A stretch of 64,000 nucleotides of DNA from a virus (taxonomy: Duplodnaviria; Caudoviricetes): the IMG/VR virus record IMGVR_UViG_3300025362_000477; one strand, 5' to 3'. The notes beneath the pieces were generated by a model. That model did not search any database and was not told where the DNA came from. It saw only the letters and a list, made by a program, of their open reading frames with translations. Positions 1-10,463 of this stretch are shown one piece after another; the first letter of the stretch is position 1, and each line of letters begins with the position of its first letter. Position numbers and translations under genes: made by a program.

Positions 1-1
1 T

Positions 2-256
2 ATAGATGTATTCACAGAAACCATTGGAACATTCCTAGGGTTTAAAAATAATATTACGCCTTATGATATGTATAGCAGTGTAATCGGAAAACTCTCCAGA
101 AATAGTTATAACTCATTTCTTAATAATAAAGAAATAGTTAATTTTCCATTAGCCAAATTAGAAATAGATGTCATCAAATTTTATAATGATTATTTTGATG
201 GGCGCATGGAGCATTTGTTTGACGATCTTAGAGAAAAGATCGATATTTTGTTATAG
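2..256 (+). CDS. hypothetical protein, 5'-truncated by the window edge
   Basis: Frame is open from position 2 (IDVFTETIG...) into the tracked ORF 68..256. Confidence 0.6.
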   Translation: MDVFTETIGTFLGFKNNITPYDMYSSVIGKLSRNSYNSFLNNKEIVNFPLAKLEIDVIKFYNDYFDGRMEHLFDDLREKIDILL

Positions 257-257
257 T

Positions 258-1412
258 TTAAAGGGACTTTAGATTAATTTCTAAAGTCCCTATTTTATGC
301 GCAAATTCCTTGAATTTTTTTATACATTTTTCTTTATCATTAAACCAATCAACTTCCCAACATCGAAATATATGAAGATTATTTAAAAGATATGTATCAT
401 TTTTAATTTTATCATGTTTTTGAGATGCGGTAGATTTATGGTGAGGTTCATCAAATTCAATAACAATCTTCAATTCCTTAATATAACCATCAGGAAATAA
501 AGAATCTATCTTAGTATTATTATCAATAAAGTAATCAGTATGGTTTTGTAACTCAGAAATAAAAGATAATTCATTATTTCCTTTTCTCGGACTAAATTTT
601 TCACCATCTTTCAATCCATCTTCAATTGCTTTAATCATCATTTCTCTAGATCTTTTCCTTGATTCCATAGTTTGAAAATAATATTCAACCCCATGATTTT
701 TAAGTGTAGTCTTCTTTATTCGATCATAAATGATCTTTGATTGGGGAGGATATAATACTCCATAATGCTTCATACATGTTTTACTTTTCTGATCCTTAAT
801 TTGAGGCACCTGGCTAATATTAGAGACATCATATTTTAATTGAATTGAAGATTTAGATTTAGATCTTATTATTTCAGATTGCATCGGATAATCAGTTCCA
901 TGATGTTCAAAACAAGTTTCTCTTTGCTTTATTTTCACATTTTCAGATTGCATTGGATATGCAACTCCTCTGTTCTTAATATTAGTCTGTCTTTTGAGAG
1001 TTTGAATTTTTTTCGATTTAGATGGGTTATCCACCCCATAATGATTAATATAACTTTTAATCTTCTTGTCATTTAATTCCCGAGATTTAGAAGGATGATC
1101 TACTCCATAATTCATCATGCATGTATTTTTCTTTTTGATTTGAACCGCATCCGATGAATTCGAACATTTAGTTGAACAATACAATCTATAACCTTTATCA
1201 ATATTAATAAATTTACATTGATTCCCACATTCTATACATTTACCATTACGAGAATCATGAAGATAACAATCATAATATTGTTTGATAGTCATATCATGAA
1301 TATGACGCAAATGAGAAGATAGACGTTTAAATTTCTTATTGCATATTTGACATAATTTTAAAGGTTTCATATAATTTATTCTATTAATTTTTATAATGAT
1401 TATTAAAATCAT
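258..1412 (-). CDS. free-standing putative homing endonuclease (C2H2 zinc finger + KYGV repeats + Vsr/DUF559-like PD-(D/E)xK nuclease)
   Basis: CQIC...H...H finger, repeated NYGVDHPS/HYGVDNPS units, C-terminal FPDGYIKELKIVIEFDEPHH. Likely start MKPL at 1370. Confidence 0.8.
   Translation of the reverse strand: MILIIIIKINRINYMKPLKLCQICNKKFKRLSSHLRHIHDMTIKQYYDCYLHDSRNGKCIECGNQCKFINIDKGYRLYCSTKCSNSSDAVQIKKKNTCMMNYGVDHPSKSRELNDKKIKSYINHYGVDNPSKSKKIQTLKRQTNIKNRGVAYPMQSENVKIKQRETCFEHHGTDYPMQSEIIRSKSKSSIQLKYDVSNISQVPQIKDQKSKTCMKHYGVLYPPQSKIIYDRIKKTTLKNHGVEYYFQTMESRKRSREMMIKAIEDGLKDGEKFSPRKGNNELSFISELQNHTDYFIDNNTKIDSLFPDGYIKELKIVIEFDEPHHKSTASQKHDKIKNDTYLLNNLHIFRCWEVDWFNDKEKCIKKFKEFAHKIGTLEINLKSL
262..291. 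terminator. bidirectional hairpin at a convergent gene junction
   Basis: AGGGACTTTAGA-TTAATT-TCTAAAGTCCCT, perfect 12-bp stem. Confidence 0.6.
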
Positions 1413-1458
1413 AAGATTCTAATCCCGATTAAGGGAATAAAATAAAAAGGAGATTTAT

Positions 1459-1653
1459 ATGAAAACTATTACAAAAACCATAGACGAACTTATTGAATCT
1501 AAAGATTCCCCATTACCATTAAAAGTAATTCCTAATAATATGGGAATTAATTTAAATAGTGTATCTACTATATCATGGAAACGATTAGAAAGTAGTAATC
1601 AATTAATGAATTTAACGATCAATTTCACCCCATCTAATGAGAATGTTCAATGA
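1459..1653 (+). CDS. hypothetical protein
   Basis: AAGGAG RBS; ATGA overlap with the next gene. Confidence 0.7.
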   Translation: MKTITKTIDELIESKDSPLPLKVIPNNMGINLNSVSTISWKRLESSNQLMNLTINFTPSNENVQ

Positions 1654-2210
1654 AAAGATTAGATCATATATCTTATGATGATATGTTTATTAGTATGGCT
1701 GCTATAGCCTCATATAGAAGTAAAGATCCAAACACTCAAAATGGATGTGTTATTACTACTAATGACCATAGAGTTGTTTCGCTTGGATATAATGGATTTC
1801 CTGAGTGGTGCAGTGATGATATTTTTCCATGGTCTTCACCTGAAAAATATGATTATGCAGAACATGCAGAAAGAAATGCAATATATAATGCCACTCGATT
1901 AGGTATCTCAACAATTGGATGTAAATTATATCTATATTCTGAAAGAGGTTATTATCCGTGTTCTGATTGTGCAAGAGCAATCATCCAATCTGGAATTAAA
2001 ACAGTAATAATGGCATGTGCTCAGAAAGGAGAGGCATCAGAAAATGGAAAATATTTATGGGAACCAACCAAACGAATGTTTATTGCTGCTGATGTTCAAC
2101 TATATACTCTTCCAAAATGTGAAAAATCATTCGTAAAAATATCTAATAAATTACTGGTATCATCAGGTATCATAAAAAATACTACAGGAGAAGAAGATAA
2201 TGTCTACTAG
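1650..2210 (+). CDS. dCMP deaminase
   Basis: SKDPNTQNG, GYNGFP, HAERNAI and PCSDC zinc-deaminase motifs. Confidence 0.93.
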   Translation: MKRLDHISYDDMFISMAAIASYRSKDPNTQNGCVITTNDHRVVSLGYNGFPEWCSDDIFPWSSPEKYDYAEHAERNAIYNATRLGISTIGCKLYLYSERGYYPCSDCARAIIQSGIKTVIMACAQKGEASENGKYLWEPTKRMFIAADVQLYTLPKCEKSFVKISNKLLVSSGIIKNTTGEEDNVY

Positions 2211-2451
2211 AGAAGATAGAAGTCGAGTAAAAAATAAAAAGAAATTTGATGAAGGTATGGATATGATCGACTGGGGAAAACGAAAAAGTACATCTGTTAG
2301 AGTCGAGGAAGGTGTATTGGATCATACGTGGGGTCGTGCAACTAAATATCATTACCATGAAAAACCAGATTATAAAATAGGTGATGCACCAGCAGTTAGC
2401 TTTCCGAATGCCCCAATGGAAAAATCTTTAATGGACTATAAGATCAAATAA
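2200..2451 (+). CDS. hypothetical protein
   Basis: Overlaps the upstream stop; GGAG RBS. Confidence 0.65.
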   Translation: MSTREDRSRVKNKKKFDEGMDMIDWGKRKSTSVRVEEGVLDHTWGRATKYHYHEKPDYKIGDAPAVSFPNAPMEKSLMDYKIK

Positions 2452-2471
2452 AGATGACGTCTATATCTTTA

Positions 2472-2519
2472 TAAAGAACCTAGTTATTTTGACATTAAAG
2501 TTGAGGTTTAGGTTCTTTA
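2472..2519 (+). terminator. putative terminator hairpin
   Basis: TAAAGAACCTA ... TAGGTTCTTTA, 11-bp inverted repeat downstream of the operon. Confidence 0.4.
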
Positions 2520-2586
2520 AAGTATAGTTTAATTCAAAAGATGAATAAATGTTTATTGTAAAGAGTAATTATATCATACGTTTTTT

Positions 2587-3765
2587 TTGATGGATGGAAT
2601 AAAGAATAAATTTAAAAGGAATATTATGCTCAAATGTAAAATATGCAATTCTGAATTTGATAAGAGTTTTCATTTATCTATTCATATCAAACAGAAACAC
2701 AATATACCAATTAAAGACTATTATGATAAATACTATAAAACAGAAGATGAAGGTTTTTGTAAAACATGCAGAAAAACAACCAAATTTCAATGTATGACTA
2801 ATGGATATATTACATATTGTTGTAATAGATGTGCTGCGATGGATAAAGATTTACAAAAAATAAAAAAATCAAAAATGAAAGTTCATTATAGAAATGGATC
2901 TATCCAAAAGAAAACCAAAGAAACATGTAATGAACGGTATGGTGTAGATAATCCATCTCAATCTAAAAAAATAAAAAATAAAAAGAAACAAACATTCCGA
3001 CAAAATTATGGAGTTGATAATTGTTTTCAACATCCAAAAATTCAAGAAAAATCAAAAGAAACATGTTTAGAAAAATATGGCGTAGAATATTCAGGATCAT
3101 CACCAATCGTACAGAAAAAGAAAAAACAAACATGTTTAAAAAAATATGGAGTAGAACATTATTCTGAAACAGATGAATACAAAGAGAAAATCAAACATAC
3201 ATGTAATGAACGGTATGGTGTAGATAACGTATTTGAATTAGATGAAATTAAAAAAAAATCCAAAGAATCATGTCTTAAAAAATATGGTACGGAATTTGCC
3301 TCACAATCAATAATAGTAAAAGATAAATCAAAAGAAACATGCATGTTGAAATTTGGAGTTGATAATCATGCTAAGACTTACATAGCAAGATTGAAATCTA
3401 GAAACATGCTGATTGAACGAATTAAAAAAGAAAATGGAAATAAGATAAATCCGATGAGAGGTAGTGGTGAAAAACCATGCTTTGATGAATTAGAAAAACA
3501 TATCCCATTTAAAATCGATAGAGATTTTACTAAAATTGGTTACTTCCCAGATGGATTCATTCATGAACTTAATTTAGTGATTGAATTTGATGAACCTGAA
3601 CACCAGTCTAGAGAATGGTATAAGGAACATGATATGAGGCGGAATTCTGATTTTGAAAAAATTGGTTATGAAACCCATAGAATTAAAAAAATCAATTGGG
3701 ATGATGATCCCAATAAATGTATAAAGAAATTCAAAAATATAATAACAAAATTAGACGGAGAATGA
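2587..3765 (+). CDS. free-standing putative homing endonuclease (same family as 258..1412)
   Basis: CKIC...H...H, many KYGVE/RYGVDN repeats, YFPDGFIHELNLVIEFDEPEH. Likely start MLKCK at 2626. Confidence 0.8.
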   Translation: MMDGIKNKFKRNIMLKCKICNSEFDKSFHLSIHIKQKHNIPIKDYYDKYYKTEDEGFCKTCRKTTKFQCMTNGYITYCCNRCAAMDKDLQKIKKSKMKVHYRNGSIQKKTKETCNERYGVDNPSQSKKIKNKKKQTFRQNYGVDNCFQHPKIQEKSKETCLEKYGVEYSGSSPIVQKKKKQTCLKKYGVEHYSETDEYKEKIKHTCNERYGVDNVFELDEIKKKSKESCLKKYGTEFASQSIIVKDKSKETCMLKFGVDNHAKTYIARLKSRNMLIERIKKENGNKINPMRGSGEKPCFDELEKHIPFKIDRDFTKIGYFPDGFIHELNLVIEFDEPEHQSREWYKEHDMRRNSDFEKIGYETHRIKKINWDDDPNKCIKKFKNIITKLDGE

Positions 3766-3769
3766 TATA

Positions 3770-4375
3770 ATGTTTATAGTCATAGACGGTCCAAATGGCG
3801 CGGGCAAAACAACTTTGATTAATCAATTAAAAGATAGAGGTTATGATACTTTATCAAGTCCAAATGGGACAGACTTAGCTAAATTTCTTAGACCTGTATG
3901 CCGAGGAACTGAACCATGGGAAGAAGTTGATAAAACAGTTCAGTTTCTAGCATTTAGTGCAGCAAGACTTGATGAATATATTAAACGAGTCAAAGATAAA
4001 TCACATCAAATCATTGCTGATAGATGGTGGACATCAACATATACCTACCAATGTGTTCTACAGGGATTGGATGCTAAGTTCATGGAATATACTATCCACC
4101 CAGAAGAAAAAATTGATTTAGTTATTATATTAACAGCTGATTCAGATACTTTAATCTCTAGAGTTGAAAAGGAGAGATTGAAGAATCCTGATCATGGTAA
4201 ATGTTCATGGACTAAAGAACGAAAAACCATGGAACGAATAGCAGAAATATATGTTAAAGAACTTCCTGATTATTTAGAAAGTAAAAAAATTCCTCATATG
4301 ATTATTGATTCAAGTGGCAAAGATGCAGATGAAATTGAAGATCATGTATTATCGATTCTAGAATTATATAAATAA
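3770..4375 (+). CDS. tmk: thymidylate kinase
   Basis: IVIDGPNGAGKTT P-loop, LAFSAAR, IIADRW, YQ motifs. Confidence 0.88.
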   Translation: MFIVIDGPNGAGKTTLINQLKDRGYDTLSSPNGTDLAKFLRPVCRGTEPWEEVDKTVQFLAFSAARLDEYIKRVKDKSHQIIADRWWTSTYTYQCVLQGLDAKFMEYTIHPEEKIDLVIILTADSDTLISRVEKERLKNPDHGKCSWTKERKTMERIAEIYVKELPDYLESKKIPHMIIDSSGKDADEIEDHVLSILELYK

Positions 4376-4386
4376 GTCGTGAAATA

Positions 4387-4416
4387 AGATCCTAGTAATT
4401 AATTTTACTAGGATCT
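4387..4416. terminator. bidirectional hairpin at the strand switch
   Basis: AGATCCTAGTAA-TTAATT-TTACTAGGATCT, perfect 12-bp stem between convergent genes. Confidence 0.65.
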
Positions 4417-4439
4417 ATTACACGTCAAATTTTAAATTG

Positions 4440-4895
4440 TTAACCGGAACCTTTTGCTTTTTTCAATCTCCGAGATTCTAAAATAGATGTTGCATTTGAT
4501 GCGATATCAAACTGTTTATGATCGAGCATTCTTTGCTTTCTTAGATTATGTTTTTTCATAACAGCCTGTATTGCATTATTATATTCTTTACCAGTTTTGA
4601 ATTTACCATCGGCAGCAGCACGAACTAATCGAGTCATATCTATTTTGAGAGATTTATTTTGACGTGTTCCGGTACGTGCCATTATTTTAAATGCATTCAC
4701 AGTATCTGACCAAAGATATGATGGCCATAACCATATTTTAAATGATTTAACGAACTTTCTAACGTCACCTTTAAATCCAGTACTGAAACGATTCCAGAAA
4801 CGTTTAACTCGGCTTCTCTCATTACCGCTTTCATCTTTAGATTCCAGATATACAGTCTGCAAATCTTCTTTTAATAGTTGTTTATCAGTCTTCAT
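4440..4895 (-). CDS. hypothetical basic protein, possible virion head protein
   Basis: Acidic N-terminus with LKED/YLES motifs followed by a basic body; function is inference only. Confidence 0.5.
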   Translation of the reverse strand: MKTDKQLLKEDLQTVYLESKDESGNERSRVKRFWNRFSTGFKGDVRKFVKSFKIWLWPSYLWSDTVNAFKIMARTGTRQNKSLKIDMTRLVRAAADGKFKTGKEYNNAIQAVMKKHNLRKQRMLDHKQFDIASNATSILESRRLKKAKGSG

Positions 4896-4944
4896 AATTT
4901 AATCCTTATATAATGTATACATTTAATTTTATTCTTTTTCATTA

Positions 4945-5484
4945 TCATCCTTTCATTAATACCATCGGTTTAATAGCAGCCATGAACTTGGGCTTATCAA
5001 AGAATTTACCAGGACATGCATTATCTTTATCCTGAGATACTTCATTATGAAGAAATATATGCCCAAAAGGTATTGAAAACCATTTCATAACAGACGCAAC
5101 TGATCGATAACCTATCTGTTGATATGCTCGTTGTGTTGGTTGAACTAATGAATAATTACCAGCTATTGCTATATGAATAGAAACATCAAATTCAGAAGGG
5201 ATATCATCATATATACATCGATAACAAAATGGAGTACACATTACAGTTTCATAATCCTGATCTATTTTATCACAAAGAAAATGAAAAGGCATATCAAATT
5301 CATCATTAAATATCCAATTATAACTTCTAAGATATGCACTTACTGATTTCTTAGAATCAACTTTAGCCCTATCCAAATCTCCAAATCGACAAGATAGATC
5401 ATGAATAATAATATATTTAAACTTTCGTGTTGTTTTCTTGAAATAAACAGGTTTATATGGAACTATCATGCTATATCCCCTCAA
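4945..5484 (-). CDS. N-acetylmuramoyl-L-alanine amidase (Amidase_2-like endolysin)
   Basis: YIIIHD, FHF, IAIAGNY, FLHNEV...CPG zinc-amidase pattern. Confidence 0.75.
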   Translation of the reverse strand: MRGYSMIVPYKPVYFKKTTRKFKYIIIHDLSCRFGDLDRAKVDSKKSVSAYLRSYNWIFNDEFDMPFHFLCDKIDQDYETVMCTPFCYRCIYDDIPSEFDVSIHIAIAGNYSLVQPTQRAYQQIGYRSVASVMKWFSIPFGHIFLHNEVSQDKDNACPGKFFDKPKFMAAIKPMVLMKG

Positions 5485-5537
5485 TTAATCTAATATTCTT
5501 TTTAAATTTATTTATTACTGAATTTACAATATATAAA

Positions 5538-6692
5538 TTATAACCGAGATTTATTCATTCTATCAATTTTATCATAAATCAATATCACTTCTTCCCAATA
5601 TAATTCCCATTCCATTCTTAACTCTTCATCATATATCCAATCTGAACCAGCAGCCTTTAATTTATCATTCATGACTTTATAACGCATACCCATTAAAGAA
5701 TTAGGATGGGGAATAACCATAACTTTATTATCTTTATAAATCAACTTATCATATAATGATTGATATTGATTTATTCTTTTATTCGTAGAATCATCAATTT
5801 TTGTTACTATAAAAGAATTAGTAGGAATATCTATCCAATTCACCATTGAACTATAATCAGCAATACCGTTAACAGATATACCATTTACATTCATCCAATT
5901 CACCATTGAACTATAATCAGCAATACCGTTAACAGATATACCATTTACATTCATCCAATTCACCATTGAACTATAATCAGCAATACCGTTAACAGATATA
6001 CCATTTATAACGACGTCATTTATATTCATCCAATTCACCATCGAGTCATAATCAACGACACCATTAACAGATATACCATTTATAACGACGCCATTCACGT
6101 TCATCCAATGAATCTTAGAACTATAATCAACGATATTAGTAACAGATATAACATGAATATCTATATTATCAACATCAACAACCAGAATACTTAATCCATC
6201 AACATCCATCATAATTTCTGGCTCATTTTCAGTCTTAAGTAAATTATATTTCGTTTTAAGTTGAACAAGTATGGGTAATAATTCTATTTTTTTATTATCA
6301 GACAAATAATCATATAAAGTAGAAATTTCCTTAATAGCCAATGATGGAACTGGATCAGCACTCAAATCATAACGTGAAAAAAATCTACCAGCAGTTATCA
6401 AATCAATATCATTTATATTACATGCCAACCATTCCATAACCTTTTTATTAATAATTGAATTATCAACAGATGATCTTAACATATCAATATCATTCAAAAC
6501 TTCAATAATATTACTTTCTGATATACCGCCTCTTGATTTTTCAACGAATAAATTTTTAGCAGTTACAATATCGTATTTCTGAGTTGATTCTTCTACATAT
6601 AAAGGTGCAATCACCCGAGCACTAGATAAACCAAACATCAACATACATAATATAAATATCATTCGTTTCATATATACCTCACAAAAACACAT
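5538..6692 (-). CDS. putative secreted protein with 20-aa tandem repeats
   Basis: Signal peptide MKRMIFILCMLMFGLSSA (likely start 6671); YSSMVNWMNVNGISVNGIAD repeats. Confidence 0.65.
   Translation of the reverse strand: MCFCEVYMKRMIFILCMLMFGLSSARVIAPLYVEESTQKYDIVTAKNLFVEKSRGGISESNIIEVLNDIDMLRSSVDNSIINKKVMEWLACNINDIDLITAGRFFSRYDLSADPVPSLAIKEISTLYDYLSDNKKIELLPILVQLKTKYNLLKTENEPEIMMDVDGLSILVVDVDNIDIHVISVTNIVDYSSKIHWMNVNGVVINGISVNGVVDYDSMVNWMNINDVVINGISVNGIADYSSMVNWMNVNGISVNGIADYSSMVNWMNVNGISVNGIADYSSMVNWIDIPTNSFIVTKIDDSTNKRINQYQSLYDKLIYKDNKVMVIPHPNSLMGMRYKVMNDKLKAAGSDWIYDEELRMEWELYWEEVILIYDKIDRMNKSRL
5833..6007. repeat. 60-bp in-frame tandem repeat (about 3 perfect copies, degenerate copies to about 6130)
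   Basis: Lines 5821, 5881 and 5941 repeat ATCCAATTCACCATTGAACTATAATCAGCAATACCGTTAACAGATATACC. Confidence 0.92.
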
Positions 6693-6730
6693 ATCATGAT
6701 ATGATATTATATTATATCATATCATGATAT
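6691..6730. promoter_or_regulatory. 16-bp perfect inverted repeat, intergenic
   Basis: ATATCATGATATGATA-TTATATTA-TATCATATCATGATAT. Confidence 0.5.
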
Positions 6731-6737
6731 GTTTTGT

Positions 6738-7283
6738 TTATTTTAACAGTTCAAGTTTAGACTTAACTTTACCAAGAAACTCAGAATTCTCCTCGGTTGC
6801 AGAAACAACCATCAAAACTCTAGTTAAGAACTTGATGTAATTTTCTACCGACATAGTAGCAGCTACTTTATCTATTAAAGATCTTAATATATTATTATCT
6901 CCGTACTTCAACATAGCCAGATATGCTTCATCACCATTTTTTCCCTGCGCAATTAAACAATGACCAATACCACACTGGGCACGAGCTAAAATACTATTCT
7001 CAGCATCAGGGTAATCTGCTATGACTTTATTATACGCAATAGCAGCTGCGGAATAATCTCGAGTATATTTATAGCACTGACCAATATCATACTGGGCACT
7101 AGCTAAAATATCCTTATTTGCTGTAGGGTAATCAGTAATCAACTTTTCAAATGCAACCACAGCTCCATTATAATTCTGATTCAAATACAGAGCTTCTGCG
7201 TTATCAAAATCATTAGTTATATCAGCATTTGCTAACATTGTCGTCATCATAATAACCATCGTTATTAATTTTTTCATTTTCAT
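6738..7283 (-). CDS. secreted TPR-repeat protein
   Basis: Signal peptide; AEALY..NY..A...FEKLI..YP and AQYDIGQCY tetratricopeptide pattern twice. Confidence 0.75.
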   Translation of the reverse strand: MKMKKLITMVIMMTTMLANADITNDFDNAEALYLNQNYNGAVVAFEKLITDYPTANKDILASAQYDIGQCYKYTRDYSAAAIAYNKVIADYPDAENSILARAQCGIGHCLIAQGKNGDEAYLAMLKYGDNNILRSLIDKVAATMSVENYIKFLTRVLMVVSATEENSEFLGKVKSKLELLK

Positions 7284-7329
7284 CTCTCCTCGTTTTTTAT
7301 TATAAAATGTTTAAACCATTTAAACATAA

Positions 7330-8937
7330 TTATTCACTTTTACGTTTCGGAACCCAATCTATTGTAACAGGATTCCATTTCTGTAAAGTACTATTGTGAT
7401 TCATTTCTGGACCTAAAGAATTATATCTTACAAATACAGCCCTTAAATTATGCTCATTCTGTTTCCATTGCCATGTCTCCCATGGAACACTGCACCCATC
7501 ATGAGATGGAAAATGCAAAACCGTTTCCACCACTGTATTTAGACTTATAAACTGCAAAGCTAAAGATTGAATATCTATAACACCCTCAGTTACATTCTGA
7601 TATAACATCCATTTACGAACATCTGATGCATTATAATCATCTACATAATATACTCTAGCATCCCTATCACCCAAAGTTTCTTGATGATTATCAACACCAT
7701 CCCATGGATCTCCCATAGTCTGATAATAATAAACTAGAGTATTAAGTGGCCAAGATTCCACAGAATTAGTGACAAATAATATCTTAAGTTCATAATCAGT
7801 CCAAGTACCAGGATAACCACCAGGATTTAAAGGAATTTCAATACGAATATAATATTCTAATGCGTTTGTATAAACACCTTCAATAAAACCATCTGGTCGT
7901 TCAATAGTGAAAATATCATTAGTTCGAACAGTATAAGTATTAATAAAAGCATCCAAAAATGAATTATTTATTAAATCCGGCCATGTATTTCTGAAAATAC
8001 CACCAAGAGTAATACCCCCATAAACAATCATATCATCAACTTGATAATCTAAAAATATCTGAGGTGGGTCAAACACAACAGGCTGTCCACCAAACTCACT
8101 TCCCCATCCTTGTACATGTGGATCAGTAATAACATTAGTTATTGGTGATGGTATTATATTATCCGATAATACTGGAGGTGTTCTTGCAAACTCTATACTA
8201 GTTAAATCCCAACAATTACTAACAAAAGAATTCCCAATGGATATAATTTCAGGTAACTCAACCCGAGTTAAATAATAACAACTACCAGCAAAAGAATCTC
8301 CAATTGATGTTGCTTTAGATAACCGAATATTAGTCATTGTATCACAATTATAAGCAAAGGAATCCCCGATTGATCTTGTTTGAGGTAACTCAACATCAAG
8401 TAAATAATAGCAATGACTGACAAATGAATCACCAATTGAAATTGCTTGTGGTAACTCGACACGAATCAAATGCCCACAATACCCAGCAAAAGAATCTCCA
8501 ATGGATGTTACTTGCGGTAACTCAATACTACTCAAATAATAACACTGAACAGCAAAAGAATCCCCAATTGATGCTACTTGTGGTAATTCGATACGAGTTA
8601 AAATATCACAATTATAGGCAAAAGAATCTCCAATTGATGTTAAATTTCTACTACCAACTATTACCTCTATATTATCATCATCATAAAATACATCATCTCC
8701 AACTGCAGTAATAGGAATGTTATAAAATTCATATGGAATTACAATATTAACATAACTCCCAGTATAACCCATAATAGTAGCTTTATCATTCAACACTGTG
8801 AAACTAAATACATTAGTCGGAGTAATAATGGTATCTGAATCATCATAATGGTATCGAATATCAGATATCTCTGAAGCATTACTTCTATTGAGTGTAATAA
8901 ATATAATAATACACATCAATATAATTCTCTTTATCAT
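7330..8937 (-). CDS. secreted BspA-type leucine-rich repeat (LRR_5) protein
   Basis: Signal peptide; about seven 22-aa units of L..IELPQV.SIGDSFA..C. Confidence 0.8.
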   Translation of the reverse strand: MIKRIILMCIIIFITLNRSNASEISDIRYHYDDSDTIITPTNVFSFTVLNDKATIMGYTGSYVNIVIPYEFYNIPITAVGDDVFYDDDNIEVIVGSRNLTSIGDSFAYNCDILTRIELPQVASIGDSFAVQCYYLSSIELPQVTSIGDSFAGYCGHLIRVELPQAISIGDSFVSHCYYLLDVELPQTRSIGDSFAYNCDTMTNIRLSKATSIGDSFAGSCYYLTRVELPEIISIGNSFVSNCWDLTSIEFARTPPVLSDNIIPSPITNVITDPHVQGWGSEFGGQPVVFDPPQIFLDYQVDDMIVYGGITLGGIFRNTWPDLINNSFLDAFINTYTVRTNDIFTIERPDGFIEGVYTNALEYYIRIEIPLNPGGYPGTWTDYELKILFVTNSVESWPLNTLVYYYQTMGDPWDGVDNHQETLGDRDARVYYVDDYNASDVRKWMLYQNVTEGVIDIQSLALQFISLNTVVETVLHFPSHDGCSVPWETWQWKQNEHNLRAVFVRYNSLGPEMNHNSTLQKWNPVTIDWVPKRKSE

Positions 8938-9053
8938 ATTACTTCCCCTTTTTATTTATTCATAATAATATATAACAAGACTTACTTATACATCTTACGT
9001 TTTTCTAATAATATTTCTCTATTATCTCTAGACATTTTATTATTTTATTTTCC

Positions 9054-10457
9054 TTATTCATAAATTATTGTTGCACTTGCTGTATCGCCTGTATCAACAT
9101 AAAATCTCAATCCATTACTAAATGGCATGCCGTGAAAATCCAATGCTACGGGTTGATCGAATATCTTACCAGTAGTGGTTTTCCATAATACTGGTGTTGT
9201 GGTGGTCGTACTATCAGTTAAGTATATGACTGCCCCACTAGTAGCATTATTTAAAATTATGCCTCTAACAATTCCAGACCCATATTTTAACTGTACCCCA
9301 CCCGGTAATGTTGCATCAGCATGATAATAACTTGTTGGATTAGTTGTAATTTCACCTTGTCTTGCAATATAAGCACCAAAGGTTTTGAATGTATTAGCCG
9401 TGTCTACTGTATCATTATTACATTCCATTTTTATAGGCAGTGTCATTGTGTCGGAATAATTACCACCAGATATTTTATGCAATAATGTACCATTGATATA
9501 CCAATGAACTGCCAATGGAGAATACTCAATAGTTAACTTATAATAGGTATCAGCTACTGGTGTAAATGAAGCACCTAGGTTACCATTAAAATCACCTGAA
9601 TCTATTAAAGTATCAACTCCTGCTGTTGTGCCATCATATTTTCTTGTACCAATGCTAAACGTAGTGTTTACAAATTGAGCAAACACACCATTGTCATCAT
9701 CATAAGCACCTATACGTCTAGTGTTACCTGCTGCTGCAGCTGAACTAGCGAACCCACCTTGAAACAACATAGCGGAACCTGCAACAAACCTTGCTCTTCT
9801 TACTGATGTAAGACTAGTAGTACCACCTGCTGTACCATTAGTATTTAATGTAACTATACCACCATCTTGCACAATTGTACCTGCATTAGTTACAACCGCT
9901 GTCCAGAAATTAGTATCAACTGCTCCTGCATTACCATCATTATCAAAAGCTGTACCAACCATACGATATACTGGACTTATAGCTAATTCATTAGTGGGAT
10001 TAATCCAAACATATCTATTAGTATTTTCACGACCTACTAAGGTACTTTCGCTTTTAAGTCTACCATCAGCACTTAAGTCACTAGGCAAGGGTAATGCCAC
10101 AGGACAAAGTACAGAAGACAATCTAAAATAAGATGTTGCAATTACACCTAGATTAGTTACTGTTACTCGCCAGTATGCTTTAGTAGCTTGTACTGTTTCA
10201 CCACGACCACCTTTACTAGCTATATAATCAAAGCAATAACTTATATCCCAATTGGAATCTTGTGAGTCTGATTCTTCTATACAAACAGTACAGTTCTCAG
10301 TTGTTTTTAGTGACCATTGTAATCCGTTAACTCCTAAAGTAGATTTACCTACTCCTGTAAAGGTTGTAGATGGGTCAAGATTAGTAGTGCTAGAATTACC
10401 AGTATCCTCTTTTACGTCTTGCGTTATAACTGTATCATTAAATCTACTCATAAACAT
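9054..10457 (-). CDS. putative virion tail/lectin-fold structural protein
   Basis: Thr/Gly-rich beta-type sequence within the tail module. Confidence 0.55.
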   Translation of the reverse strand: MFMSRFNDTVITQDVKEDTGNSSTTNLDPSTTFTGVGKSTLGVNGLQWSLKTTENCTVCIEESDSQDSNWDISYCFDYIASKGGRGETVQATKAYWRVTVTNLGVIATSYFRLSSVLCPVALPLPSDLSADGRLKSESTLVGRENTNRYVWINPTNELAISPVYRMVGTAFDNDGNAGAVDTNFWTAVVTNAGTIVQDGGIVTLNTNGTAGGTTSLTSVRRARFVAGSAMLFQGGFASSAAAAGNTRRIGAYDDDNGVFAQFVNTTFSIGTRKYDGTTAGVDTLIDSGDFNGNLGASFTPVADTYYKLTIEYSPLAVHWYINGTLLHKISGGNYSDTMTLPIKMECNNDTVDTANTFKTFGAYIARQGEITTNPTSYYHADATLPGGVQLKYGSGIVRGIILNNATSGAVIYLTDSTTTTTPVLWKTTTGKIFDQPVALDFHGMPFSNGLRFYVDTGDTASATIIYE

Positions 10458-10463
10458 TACCTC

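Noticed and set aside
5833-6130. 60-bp repeats as a CRISPR array
   Set aside because: Copies abut with no unique spacers and are in frame within a protein.
8424-8711. Repetitive antisense ORF
   Set aside because: Mirror of the 22-aa LRR repeats on the minus strand.
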